From Candidatus Zhuqueibacterota bacterium (GTDB taxonomy: Bacteria; Zhuqueibacterota; Zhuqueibacteria; Thermofontimicrobiales; Thermofontimicrobiaceae), in assembly GCA_049322915.1 (NCBI GenBank), contig JBMOPW010000002.1:32001-96000 (forward strand): 64,000 nt of DNA. Direction: 5' to 3'. Positions 17,947 through 27,699 of this stretch are shown here, one piece after another. The translations under genes and the position numbers were made by a program. Every line of letters begins with the position of its first letter. Position 1 is the stretch's first letter. The notes under the pieces are model-generated. The model was not told the origin of the DNA, searched no databases, and saw only the letters and a program-made list of their open reading frames with translations.

Positions 17947-18381
17947 TCAGGATGACAGCGCGTTATTGACTTCGTCCAGCAATCGCTGGGCTGAGAATGG
18001 CTTTGTGATAGTTGCAAATGCGCCCAGATTCCTGGCGAGCGCCAGGTACTGATCCGCATCGATCTTCCCGCCGCCTGAAATGGCGATGATCTTTATATTT
18101 GGATCTGAACGTCGTATTTCCAGAATGACCTCGATTCCCTCCTTTGACGGCATGATGATGTCGGTGATAACCACATCAAACGGATATTCATGAAACTGAT
18201 TCAAACCGATGCGACCATCCGAGGCTTCATGCACGGTGTAGTCGGCCTTTTCCAGACACCTGCGGATAAAATTTCTGACTTGCTCATCGTCATCGATGAT
18301 GAGAATTCTTGGTGAGTCACCTTTTTCACTGCATGCCACGATTGTCCCCAATTCGGTAGTTACGACTCTCTCCATTTGCAC
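17947..18381 (-). CDS. Single-domain response regulator (receiver)
   Basis: ILIIDDD, VITDIIMP, IAISGGG and KPF motifs. Start uncertain. Confidence 0.88.
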   Translation of the reverse strand: MQMERVVTTELGTIVACSEKGDSPRILIIDDDEQVRNFIRRCLEKADYTVHEASDGRIGLNQFHEYPFDVVITDIIMPSKEGIEVILEIRRSDPNIKIIAISGGGKIDADQYLALARNLGAFATITKPFSAQRLLDEVNNALSS

Positions 18382-18471
18382 ATCGCGTCTCAGGTATTTA
18401 TCGTCACTTTCCTGATAATATCCATCGAGGCTATTAAATTTGTCTTTCTTTAAAATAATTGAAAATAGTAC

Positions 18472-18539
18472 TTGACTTTAAAATGAAATATACGTATACT
18501 GTCACTGACGATAAACAAAAACTAAAACTGACAGTATAC
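18472..18539 (+). promoter_or_regulatory. Promoter with an 11-bp inverted-repeat operator
   Basis: TTGACT-17 bp-TATACT. GTATACTGTCA (18494-18504) and TGACAGTATAC (18529-18539) form a perfect inverted repeat overlapping the -10. Confidence 0.6.
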
Positions 18540-18549
18540 TGGTAGGATT

Positions 18550-19266
18550 ATGAAAAAGGAAGTTTTTACTGAACGTGAGATACTGGACCACGCATCGATC
18601 CCGGCCGAGTTATTCCAGCAATTGGTCAAGAAAAATATTATCAAACCGCTGGGGACAACAAACGAAAATCTGCTTGTTTTCAGTTCTGAAGTGCTGATGC
18701 AGTTGAAGGAGATCAGCCTATTTCATTCCATGGGATATTCGATGGATGAAATTGAAAAGATACACAAAAAGGTGGGATTGCCTTCCACGAAAAAAACAAA
18801 AGGCGATTCGCCTAAAAAAATTCGTTATCTCACCGTGGGCGATCTGGCCAATCATGTGGACATCAATCCGCGCACCATCAAGTACTGGGAAGAGCGCGGA
18901 ATAATCGAGCCTGACACTCGTTCCGATGGCGGATTTCGACTTTACTCAGAGCACTGGATTTACCTGTGCAATCTCATCAAAGACCTGCAACTCTTCGGCT
19001 ACACTCTGGAGGATATCAAAGAGATTTCGGTTCTATTCCGGGATTTTTTGGCGATAGAAAATTCCAGTAGCACGTTCACACCGGAGGAGGTGCAGGCAAA
19101 GCTCACGGTCATGAAAGACAAGATTAAACTTTTTTATGCTAAAATGAATGATTTCAAAGAGGGCATTCAACGCTGGGAGGAGCTGTTGAAGAAGAAAGAA
19201 AAAGAGATTCGTCAAATGGAAAGCAAATTAAAGCAGACGAATAAACCTGATGAAAGTAAGGAGTAA
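18550..19266 (+). CDS. MerR-family regulator with tandem HTH domains
   Basis: LTVGDLA...PRTIKYWEERGII...SDGGFRLY, plus a degenerate N-terminal MerR repeat and a coiled-coil tail. Confidence 0.88.
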   Translation: MKKEVFTEREILDHASIPAELFQQLVKKNIIKPLGTTNENLLVFSSEVLMQLKEISLFHSMGYSMDEIEKIHKKVGLPSTKKTKGDSPKKIRYLTVGDLANHVDINPRTIKYWEERGIIEPDTRSDGGFRLYSEHWIYLCNLIKDLQLFGYTLEDIKEISVLFRDFLAIENSSSTFTPEEVQAKLTVMKDKIKLFYAKMNDFKEGIQRWEELLKKKEKEIRQMESKLKQTNKPDESKE

Positions 19267-19270
19267 CAAC

Positions 19271-20815
19271 ATGAAGCCAATCCCAACAAAAAAAATGATA
19301 TTCATTGAGCCCAAATCGCCCAACTTGCACATTTTCTCGGTGTTCGTCATTCCCCGGTTGGGCACGTTGATTCTGGGCACTATTATGAAGCAGAAGGGGT
19401 GGGACGTGGAAGTTATCGTCGAAGAGAATGAAGAGATTGATTTCAACAGGATCGCCTCTGCGGATATTGTGGGCATTTCCACAATCACCTCCACAGCGCC
19501 CCGGGCTTACACCATCGCGGATCAGGTGCGGAAAATGGGCATCACCGTGATAATGGGCGGCCCTCATGTCACGTTCTTGCCGGATGAAGCCCTGGAGCAT
19601 GCGGATTTTGTCATTCGCAGCGAAGGTGAAAATGCGCTGCCGGCGTTTATTGAAGCCTGGGAAAATGGCAGGAATTATTCGACCATTCCCAATTTATCGT
19701 ATCTGCGCGATGGGAAGGTCATTCACAATCCCATCGAAAAACTCAATGACAATTTGGACAAGATTCCATACCCTGATTTTTCGCTCATTCGCACCGGCAT
19801 TCGAAAAACTTTCGGCTACCAGATCGTGCCCGTTCAAACATCGCGGGGCTGTCCGTTCGATTGCGAGTTCTGCTCCGTGACCGGTATGTTTGGCAGGAAA
19901 ATTCGCTATCGATCCACTGAAAATATCATCGAGGAACTTCGGCAGTACGATAACCCGAAAAACGTGATCTTTTTCTACGACGATAATTTCACGGCAAACC
20001 GACGACGGACGAAAGAATTACTGCATGCGATGATCGCTGAAAAATTCAGGTTCAATTGGTCCACTCAGGTGCGCGCCGATGTGGCCAAAGACCCGGAAAT
20101 CATCCAACTGATGCACAAGGCCGGCTGCACCACTGTTTTCATCGGATTCGAATCGGTTGACCCGGCCAGTCTGAAGGAGATGAAAAAAGAGCAATCCGTG
20201 GGCGAGATTAAAGCGGCGATTCAGGCATTTTATAAAAACAAGATTCACGTGCACGGCATGTTCGTATTCGGATTTGAAAGCGACACGCCATCAAAGATGA
20301 GAGAGACCATCGGTTTCGTGAATAAAAGCCATATCGGCACTGTTCAATTTCTCATTCTCACACCGCTGCCCGGTTCAGTCACGTTTCGGAAATTGAAAGA
20401 CCAGGGGCGAATAAAATTCTATGATTGGGGTTTATACGACGCCCATCATGCAGTGTTCGAGCCAAAACAAATGACCATTGATGAACTGCAAAAAGCCCAG
20501 ATTCGCGGACATCAGTCGTTCTATTCGCTGCGGCAGCTATTCAAACGAGCGATTCATTTTGAATGGAATGAATTGATCATTGGATTGTACGCGCGACGGT
20601 TGAACCGAAACTGGAAAAAGAAGAACCGAATCTGGCTCAAAGTGCTGAACCTGCTCCGGCCGAGTCATGATTTTAAAATTAATATCGACTTCCGGCAGGC
20701 TGTTCGATTACCGAGCAGGGTTCAGCAATTGACGAAAAGGAGTGCGCGACAGTTCAGTCCGAGGGAGGATTTGAATCCCCTGGGTCGCCAAAACGGGCTG
20801 TCCCTGGAGCAATAA
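19271..20815 (+). CDS. Cobalamin-binding-domain radical SAM protein
   Basis: MGGPHVT B12-domain motif, SRGCPFDCEFC (CxxxCxxC), FYDDNF and GFES. Confidence 0.92.
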   Translation: MKPIPTKKMIFIEPKSPNLHIFSVFVIPRLGTLILGTIMKQKGWDVEVIVEENEEIDFNRIASADIVGISTITSTAPRAYTIADQVRKMGITVIMGGPHVTFLPDEALEHADFVIRSEGENALPAFIEAWENGRNYSTIPNLSYLRDGKVIHNPIEKLNDNLDKIPYPDFSLIRTGIRKTFGYQIVPVQTSRGCPFDCEFCSVTGMFGRKIRYRSTENIIEELRQYDNPKNVIFFYDDNFTANRRRTKELLHAMIAEKFRFNWSTQVRADVAKDPEIIQLMHKAGCTTVFIGFESVDPASLKEMKKEQSVGEIKAAIQAFYKNKIHVHGMFVFGFESDTPSKMRETIGFVNKSHIGTVQFLILTPLPGSVTFRKLKDQGRIKFYDWGLYDAHHAVFEPKQMTIDELQKAQIRGHQSFYSLRQLFKRAIHFEWNELIIGLYARRLNRNWKKKNRIWLKVLNLLRPSHDFKINIDFRQAVRLPSRVQQLTKRSARQFSPREDLNPLGRQNGLSLEQ

Positions 20816-20891
20816 CGCCGCACTGCGGTGAATCGATGATCTGTCAGCCACTTTCTTCAGCTCAGCATGATTTTACCTGACTGTTCGCGCT

Positions 20892-21692
20892 TCAATCTTC
20901 GGTGTAATTTTTTCGGTAGTAGGTCCGAATGATCTTTCTTGCCACGGTGACATACAGGGGCAGGGGAATGAGCTTCACCAGGCGATACAATACCTTCATT
21001 GGGAAAGGATAGATGAGCAATTTTTTCCGATCCGCCACTGCAGCAATCATTATCCGGGCGGCCTTTTCAGCAGGCATCACCCATAGCGGTTTCATATTCT
21101 TGCTGATAATGGGCGTTTCCACGTAGCCCGGGTGAATCATGGTGAATTGAATCATGGGCAATTCCGCAGCCAGGCTTTCGATGAAATAGTGCAGGCCGAT
21201 CTTGGTGAGGCTGTAAATACCGCGGGTCGGCAGGCCTCGCATACTTGCAGCGGAACCAATGGCGATCACCGTCCCTCTCCCTTGCGGCACCATCGCCTCC
21301 AGGCAGGCGCGCGTGGTGTAAATGGCGCCTTTGAGATTGGTGTCGATGGTTGCCTCCACATCTTCCCAATTCCATTTCTCGAAAGACGAATTAGAACCAA
21401 TGCCGCTGTTCACCCACACAGCATCGATGGAGCCGGCGACCGAGTGAAATTCCTGAATCGCTGCGTACACCTGCTCCCGCACCTGCACATCGCAGCGTTT
21501 CACCCAGAAGGTGCTGCCGCTTGATTTGAGCGAGTTCGCCAGTTCCAGCATGGGCTCCTCGCGACGGCTCAGCAGACAAAAACGAATCGTGAACGGCGCC
21601 AGGGCTTCCACCACTGCTTTGCCCAGGCCGGAGGAAGCGCCGGTGACAACGACGGATTTCCCGGTCCAGTATGTGGCTATTTTTTTAGTCAT
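20892..21692 (-). CDS. Short-chain dehydrogenase/reductase
   Basis: TGASSGLG, YSLTK (YxxxK) and HPGYVET. Confidence 0.9.
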   Translation of the reverse strand: MTKKIATYWTGKSVVVTGASSGLGKAVVEALAPFTIRFCLLSRREEPMLELANSLKSSGSTFWVKRCDVQVREQVYAAIQEFHSVAGSIDAVWVNSGIGSNSSFEKWNWEDVEATIDTNLKGAIYTTRACLEAMVPQGRGTVIAIGSAASMRGLPTRGIYSLTKIGLHYFIESLAAELPMIQFTMIHPGYVETPIISKNMKPLWVMPAEKAARIMIAAVADRKKLLIYPFPMKVLYRLVKLIPLPLYVTVARKIIRTYYRKNYTED

Positions 21693-21789
21693 CAATCAAC
21701 TTCTCCGTTATAAAAAATTGATCGTTCGGGTGGATTTTCAGAAAATGAAGCAGACGTCCTGATCGGTTCGGAGCATGACGCGCCGATGG

Positions 21790-22581
21790 TCAATCGCAAA
21801 TTATCGTGCCCTGAATATGCTCTCCCAGAATGGTTCTGGCAATGACCCCGGCGTCGGATCTGCCGGACAAAATGATGGCGGTTGTCAATGAGCTTTCTGT
21901 TACCAGTTGGATCATTTGCCCGACTTTGGATTTCATGCCGCCAGTGACATCCGCGCCGGCAGAGCCGCCCAGATGTGCGATGATCTGAGTATAACTTTTA
22001 TGATCGATCCGCGGAATCACCTGGCCGGCGCTATCCAGAACTCCCGGCACATCGCTGATGAGGACGATGCGCCGGAACGACATGTACTCATTCAACTGCG
22101 CAATCTGATCTTCGGTGGAAGCGATGGTGAATCCCTGACTTTCGTCCACGATGATGTCGCCGTGGATCAATGGTATCTGGTCGGCGTCCAGCAGCAGCCG
22201 AATTATTCGGGTATCGATGAAGTTCAATTTGCCGGCTCGCGCTGTGGCGATTGCCGATGGCTGCACCGTGATCGGGAATAATCCCTCGTCCCTGAAAATT
22301 TGCAGTAACCTCAGATTCATGCGAATCATGCTCTCGCGGATCTCATAAAACGCCGCCCAGCGCCACTGCGGGTGTCGACCCTTTTTCGCGCTGTATTTCT
22401 CCGCGGCCATGTGCCCGTAACTGCCGGCGCCGTGGCTGAGAATCAGACTGATTTGCTGCGACTGCCACGCGCTGAGAATTTCGCGCGCTACCGTGCGAAC
22501 ATTTTCTTCATTCAGGCTCTCCGGTTTGTTTTTATCCGTGATAAAAGATCCACCGATTTTAACAATGACTTTTGTTTTCAA
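21790..22581 (-). CDS. ipk: Isopentenyl phosphate kinase (amino-acid kinase family)
   Basis: KIGGSFITDK, HGAGSYGH (IPK-specific His), IHGD and DVTGGMKSK. Confidence 0.85.
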   Translation of the reverse strand: MKTKVIVKIGGSFITDKNKPESLNEENVRTVAREILSAWQSQQISLILSHGAGSYGHMAAEKYSAKKGRHPQWRWAAFYEIRESMIRMNLRLLQIFRDEGLFPITVQPSAIATARAGKLNFIDTRIIRLLLDADQIPLIHGDIIVDESQGFTIASTEDQIAQLNEYMSFRRIVLISDVPGVLDSAGQVIPRIDHKSYTQIIAHLGGSAGADVTGGMKSKVGQMIQLVTESSLTTAIILSGRSDAGVIARTILGEHIQGTIICD

Positions 22582-22960
22582 TGGTAATTACATCTCCTGA
22601 AATTTTAATGAAATCGCCGGTCTGCATGCGTTCAATCGGAACCGAATCGATGGTGGGAATTTCACTGATGATGGCGCCCACGGCGACGATGGTTTCGCAC
22701 TCGGAAAGAATCATTGCTGCCGGTGCGACGTTCATTTTTTTCAAAGAATAAAGGATGTACGAACCCACTGTGCTGCCTTTGGCAGTGGGGAAGATGAGCA
22801 CTTTGCCTGCCAGTGTTTGCCCGAACAGTGGATGTCCCGGCTCTTTGACAATGCCTGTTTTCGGATCCACAGCGCCAAAGAAGCTGATGGGCTGATCCGA
22901 TTTCAGCGCCTCGCCTTCGGCAGTGCCGTGATAAATGATCCGTCCGGTTAGTTTTTCCAT
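22559..22960 (-). CDS. Aconitase X small (swivel, DUF126) subunit; phosphomevalonate dehydratase small subunit-like
   Basis: ISFFGAVDPKTG, GHPLFG, KGSTVGSY (catalytic Ser) and IVAVGAII. Overlaps both neighbours. Confidence 0.88.
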   Translation of the reverse strand: MEKLTGRIIYHGTAEGEALKSDQPISFFGAVDPKTGIVKEPGHPLFGQTLAGKVLIFPTAKGSTVGSYILYSLKKMNVAPAAMILSECETIVAVGAIISEIPTIDSVPIERMQTGDFIKISGDVITIENKSHC

Positions 22961-24180
22961 TGTCCCTCCACAGCGGATTCGATGCACTGCTCAGTTGTCC
23001 CAAAATGGGTGATGATTCCCTGATGCGACGGCAGATAGGTTGCGGCTTTGGCTGAATTCGTCCCGATGAATCGAATGCCCATTTCGGCCAGCGGCGCAAC
23101 GACCATGCAGGTATCGGCGAGAATCCGGCCGCCAGCCTGTTCGATTTGCGAGGCCAGTCCCTGACTTCGCGCCTGTCCCCGCACGATGGAGGAAGTAGCG
23201 ATCCACAGCGGCGTTCTCAATGTGCGTTCTGCCACGCGCCGGGCAATACTGGCGATTTCATCCAGCGATGCATGGGGGCAGCCCAGCGTCACCAGATCGA
23301 GTTCGTTGCCTTCGCGTGACAGAGCGTTACGCGCCTCATCGAGCGAATGAATTGAGATGTCCTGCGCAGTTTCGCGGATGATTCGTTCGCCGTATGATCG
23401 CGCCTCCGGCGTTTCATTTTCGATGTGAAACAGAGCAACAGCGCCGCTGGCGGCCATTGCCGCGCCGAGCGACTTCAGGCAGGTGGTCTGTTCCGAGTCG
23501 TCGGCTGGAAGAGGCAGCCCCTGAAAGAACGGGATGCCGCCGCCGATTTTTTTCCCTATGATGTACCCCAACAGGCCAAAATCAGCGCTCGTTTTTACAG
23601 GACAATGAATCTGCACGCGGGCTGTGGCCAGCCTGTTTTTATGAAGATGAAGGCCGAAGCGCGGTGTGCGACCGCAAAATGCCGATGCCAGCGCTGAGGG
23701 TCCGCCTTCGCGGTTGGTTCGCGCGCCCAGAACCGAATTGGCATAACTCACAGCGGACGATTCGCTCCAGGCAATGTGTTCGCCCGTCTTTGGCCCCAAT
23801 CCGATATGATAGGGAGTGCATGTGAGCGTCGCGCGAATGCCAACCCGCTTGAGCTGATGGATTATCTCCATCTGCCTGGCCGCGAACTCCGCCGGGAAAC
23901 CCAACTGCTGCCACAGCATCCGGTCGATTCCGGCCGGATTCATGAACGCAGGCACATGGGCATAGACGCCCATATCCGCCCAGTCCCTGAGAAATTCGAG
24001 ACCGGGTTCGCCGATATTTTTGTAACTGATGCCGGAAATTTGCGCGGACTGAATTGGCGTCATGTCCTCAGCGCCATAAATACGTCCCAGCGCGACCAAA
24101 ATTTCCATGGCGCGTTTTACACCTCGTCCGTGCCGGCCATCGAGAAGAGCATATTCTGTTTCAGTCAATTTCATAATCAT
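22948..24180 (-). CDS. Aconitase X large (DUF521) subunit; phosphomevalonate dehydratase large subunit-like
   Basis: SGISYKNIG, TCTPY, WSESSA..ANSVLGARTNREGG, GCPH, DTCMVV (three Fe-S Cys) and TNSAKAA. Confidence 0.88.
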   Translation of the reverse strand: MIMKLTETEYALLDGRHGRGVKRAMEILVALGRIYGAEDMTPIQSAQISGISYKNIGEPGLEFLRDWADMGVYAHVPAFMNPAGIDRMLWQQLGFPAEFAARQMEIIHQLKRVGIRATLTCTPYHIGLGPKTGEHIAWSESSAVSYANSVLGARTNREGGPSALASAFCGRTPRFGLHLHKNRLATARVQIHCPVKTSADFGLLGYIIGKKIGGGIPFFQGLPLPADDSEQTTCLKSLGAAMAASGAVALFHIENETPEARSYGERIIRETAQDISIHSLDEARNALSREGNELDLVTLGCPHASLDEIASIARRVAERTLRTPLWIATSSIVRGQARSQGLASQIEQAGGRILADTCMVVAPLAEMGIRFIGTNSAKAATYLPSHQGIITHFGTTEQCIESAVEGQWKN

Positions 24181-24312
24181 TCAGGGTTGTACCTGCCGCT
24201 GCTGCAAAGAGTCGGTTGAATTAGAACCGCGTCTCAGCAGGCGAATGGATTCATGCTGAATCAATCATTTTGTCTGCCAAAATGTGAAAGAAGCGAAACG
24301 CTCACTTGTGAT

Positions 24313-25155
24313 TCATCTTTTAAAAATTCCCAATTCCCGCTCCATGGCCAGGTTTTTATCCAGAGCAACCTGCGCCTGTTCGATCAACTGTTTATCAATC
24401 CCAAAAATGTCGGCAATGACGTCGTGGTAATTGCGCGCAATGTTGTGATTTTTTTTTGAAGTGAACGTCGTTTCCCGCATGAAGTTTTTATGGATATAAA
24501 TATAGCCATCTTTTTGAATTCTGGTCAGGCAAATGCCGTGCATGGAGGGTCTGGTGAATGAGGCCTGCCAGTGCCCTAAAAATTCATCCGGCGGACAAAT
24601 CCTGTCGGCAAAGTTGTAGCGCCAGGTCAGGTTTTCTTTATTGAACGTAAACAATTGGTATTTTTGAAGCGTCAGATTGAACTGCAATTCGACGCCGGCA
24701 TGGGGCGTCCGAAAGATGCGCGGTTTTGCCGGATCAATCTCCATGGGGACGTTCAACAGATATCCGGGATCGACGAGGTATTTTCGCTGATCCAGCGTGA
24801 CGATCATCGCGCAATGAATATTGTCGCCGGCTTTCATGTCTGCCATCACCGGATAGCAGGAGTAGCCGTGGAACAGCAGGACTGTCTCCAGAAAAAAAGT
24901 GAGCGAAAAGCATGTGCCGCCCAGAGAGAAATGGGCGTGATCGTCCATCACTTCAAGCGGCAGGCGTATCTTTTCATCGGATTCCCATGTCCGGCTCAGC
25001 TTAATAATTTTGCTGATATTTTCATAGGGCAGGGTGGAAAATTTTTCCAGAATCGCTTGCAGCGAGAGCATATCCGGCTTCGTCACATTCAATTTGAAAA
25101 AATCATTGAAATATCGAACGCTGTCGCCGTGATTTTCCGGGAGAAGATACACCAT
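24313..25155 (-). CDS. Arylamine N-acetyltransferase family protein
   Basis: LPYENI, GGTCF, IHCA and YLVDPG (Cys-His-Asp triad). Confidence 0.85.
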   Translation of the reverse strand: MVYLLPENHGDSVRYFNDFFKLNVTKPDMLSLQAILEKFSTLPYENISKIIKLSRTWESDEKIRLPLEVMDDHAHFSLGGTCFSLTFFLETVLLFHGYSCYPVMADMKAGDNIHCAMIVTLDQRKYLVDPGYLLNVPMEIDPAKPRIFRTPHAGVELQFNLTLQKYQLFTFNKENLTWRYNFADRICPPDEFLGHWQASFTRPSMHGICLTRIQKDGYIYIHKNFMRETTFTSKKNHNIARNYHDVIADIFGIDKQLIEQAQVALDKNLAMERELGIFKR

Positions 25156-25366
25156 ATTTCTTTTTCCGAATATTCGTTCCTTTGGTTGAATCGCTTTATT
25201 TGGCCGGGGCAAAGCCCTTGTTACATTTTGTTGTGGAGGTCGCCTTCATGTTCGGCTTTCTGAATAGACCAATGTCCGCAGGACTGCCTTTTAACAGGCA
25301 AAAAATCTGGCGTCACTTTGATCTGAAAAGCGCCAAACATAGTGCGCGAAGGCCGGATGGTTGTCT

Positions 25367-26419
25367 CTAATCGAGCACGAACAAATGAGCCGGATGATCT
25401 GTCACCACCTCTCCGATCACAGCCGCTGTTTCCACGCCGCGCTGTTTCAACAGGGAGACCAGCGCATCGACTTTGTCCTCTGCCACAGAAATGAGTAATC
25501 CGCCGGAGGTTTGAGCATCGAACAGAGCGGTGGAGAGCGCCCAGGAGATGGAGTCGCTCAACGTCACCTTGTCCTCGAGAAAGTAGCGATTGTTATTGGT
25601 ACCGCCGGGCACGTATCCTTCGTTGATGAGAGCCAGGGTACGCTCGAAAATCGGCGCATTGCAGGCCCAGATATTGATGCCAACCTGACTGCCGGCAGCC
25701 ATTTCGTAGGTATGTCCCAACAGACCAAATCCGGTGATGTCGGTGCAGGCGTTGACCCCAATTTCCTGCATCGCCTCGGCAGCATTTTTGTTGAGCGTCG
25801 CCATGACCGCATTAACCCGCTCACTCAACTCTCCCAGATCGAGGCCTGCTTTGATAGCCGTTGAAAGAATGCCGCTGCCCAATGGTTTGGTCAACACGAG
25901 CTTATCGCCCGGCCTGGCAGCAGCATTGGTGACCACCTTGTCGGGGTGAATGATGCCGGTCACCGCAAGCCCATATTTCAGCTCTTCGTCCATAATGGTG
26001 TGGCCGCCGGCAATGACCGCGCCGGCCTCGGCCACTTTATCCGCGCCACCTTTGAGAATTTCCACCAGAACGTCCAGCGAAAAATGCTTCTGATGAAAAC
26101 CAACAACGTTGAGCGCGGTCAGCGGTCGCCCGCCCATGGCGTAGACGTCGCTGAGGGAATTTGCCGCTGAAATCTGGCCGTAAGTATAGGGATCATCCAC
26201 AATAGGAGTGAAAAAATCCACCGTCAGAATGAGCGCCATATCATCGGAGATTTTGTAGACGCCGGCGTCATCCGCAGTGTTAATGCCCACAATCAGGTTC
26301 GGGTCAGTTGGCAATGGCAGTTGTTTTAATACTGAGCCTAACTCCGTCAGGCTTAATTTCGACGCTCAGCCAGCGCATTTCACAGTTTCAGTCAGTCTTT
26401 TTTTCATGGGTTCGGACAT
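25367..26419 (-). CDS. selD: Selenide, water dikinase (selenophosphate synthetase), selenocysteine-containing
   Basis: MSEPMKKRLTETVKCAG-UGA-ASKL is in frame with the DDAGVY, TVDFFTP, NSLSDVYAMGG, TDITGFGL and DAQTSGGLL motifs. In-frame TGA at 26366-26368. GGAG RBS. Confidence 0.95.
26335..26353 (-). promoter_or_regulatory. Bacterial SECIS hairpin of selD
   Basis: AGCCUGAC-GGA-GUUAGGCU stem-loop starting 12 nt after the UGA, with G leading the apical loop. Confidence 0.8.
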
Positions 26420-26590
26420 GAATTTCTCCGCGACAAAATAGAGTTCAGCGTTATTGGTATTTGGTAGCTCTTATTTTAAAAATCGAAAACAGGTAACAAG
26501 ATACACGTTCCGAAAAGATAATGCAACAATTTTTTCATACGAGGGACAGCGCCGCCAGCAATGGCAGGCGCTACGATATAATATCATGAA

Positions 26591-26698
26591 TTAACCCTAT
26601 TACGTCATTTAGCAAGTTCTGCACAATATATTGTATGTTATGTTGTCAGGAATTACGCTATATTGTGCTAATAATTCTAAGTGACGTTGTAGGATTAA
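26591..26698. mobile_element. 108-bp MITE-like element, family A copy 2
   Basis: 97/108 identical to 11270-11377. Its terminal TTAA coincides with the stop codon of the TSUP gene. Confidence 0.85.
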
Positions 26699-27447
26699 AA
26701 GACATTCAATAATTTCAGAACACTGATGAAGATGGCGATGAGCAGCGCGCCGCGAACAACGCCCTCGCCCTTTTTCACCGAGACTTTTGCCGCCCACCAG
26801 GCGCCCAGCGCATTGCCTGCAGAAAGTACGATTCCGTACATCCAATGAATATTGTGTGTCGCCATAAAAATAAACAGCGCAGGAAGAGTGAAGAAAAAGA
26901 CGATGAACACTTTGTGCATATTCACATGAACCAGGCCGAGCTTGAGGATGTGCACGAGCGCCGCCATGATGATAAATCCCACACCAACCTGCAAAAAGCC
27001 GCCGTAAAACCCGATGCCGAACAAGGCCGGGTACAGGAGCCAGGGATGATCTGTGAGATGTTCTGCACTGACATTGGTCTTTTGTCGGGGTGGAAAGATG
27101 ATTGTCACCATGATTCCGACCATGACGATGGCGAGGAGTTTCTGGAACAATTCATTGCTGATGTTGACGGCCAGGAGTGCGCCAAGGATAGCTCCGGGCA
27201 GCGTCCAGATGGCTAACTTCAGACTGAGCCGAAACTGAAACACTTTTTCCTGCTTGAAAGAAAGGATAGCAGCGACATTCTGGATGAAGACAGCAATGCG
27301 ATTGGTGCCGTTGGCCATGGCGCTATCCAATCCCATGAAGATGAGCATGGGCAGGGTGAGCGTCGAGCCGCCGCCGGCCATGACGTTCAGGAATCCGGCG
27401 ATGGCGCCAACACCGAACAAAAGGAAAATGTAGAAAAACTGGGGCAT
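26695..27447 (-). CDS. TauE/SafE (TSUP) family exporter
   Basis: AGFLNVMAGGGS, ANGTNRI and GFYGGFLQVGVG motifs. Highly hydrophobic. Confidence 0.9.
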   Translation of the reverse strand: MPQFFYIFLLFGVGAIAGFLNVMAGGGSTLTLPMLIFMGLDSAMANGTNRIAVFIQNVAAILSFKQEKVFQFRLSLKLAIWTLPGAILGALLAVNISNELFQKLLAIVMVGIMVTIIFPPRQKTNVSAEHLTDHPWLLYPALFGIGFYGGFLQVGVGFIIMAALVHILKLGLVHVNMHKVFIVFFFTLPALFIFMATHNIHWMYGIVLSAGNALGAWWAAKVSVKKGEGVVRGALLIAIFISVLKLLNVF

Positions 27448-27699
27448 ACGCTGAAATGGCCTATTTTTCTTATTAAAGACTCGCTGATTTTGGATGGGAA
27501 ATATATGCAAAAAAAGATACAATTGAAAGTATTATTTCTACATTTGGCTGATGTGTAATGAAGCTTCGAGAATTACGACAGAGGACAGCTATAAATTTCT
27601 TCTTGATTTATATGTCCCGGTAAGTTATATTTAATAAAATTCAAAAAAAGCTATATCTATTTCGCTACGTATTTTTAAAACAGAATAAAAGGTGCAAGA

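Noticed and set aside
19271..20815. Radical SAM as a tetraether-lipid or hopanoid-modifying enzyme
   Set aside because: Only generic B12 radical SAM motifs are visible, so no specific assignment can be supported.
25367..26419. selD as a pseudogene with a premature stop
   Set aside because: The TGA is at the catalytic Cys/Sec position and is followed by a SECIS hairpin, so recoding is the better explanation.
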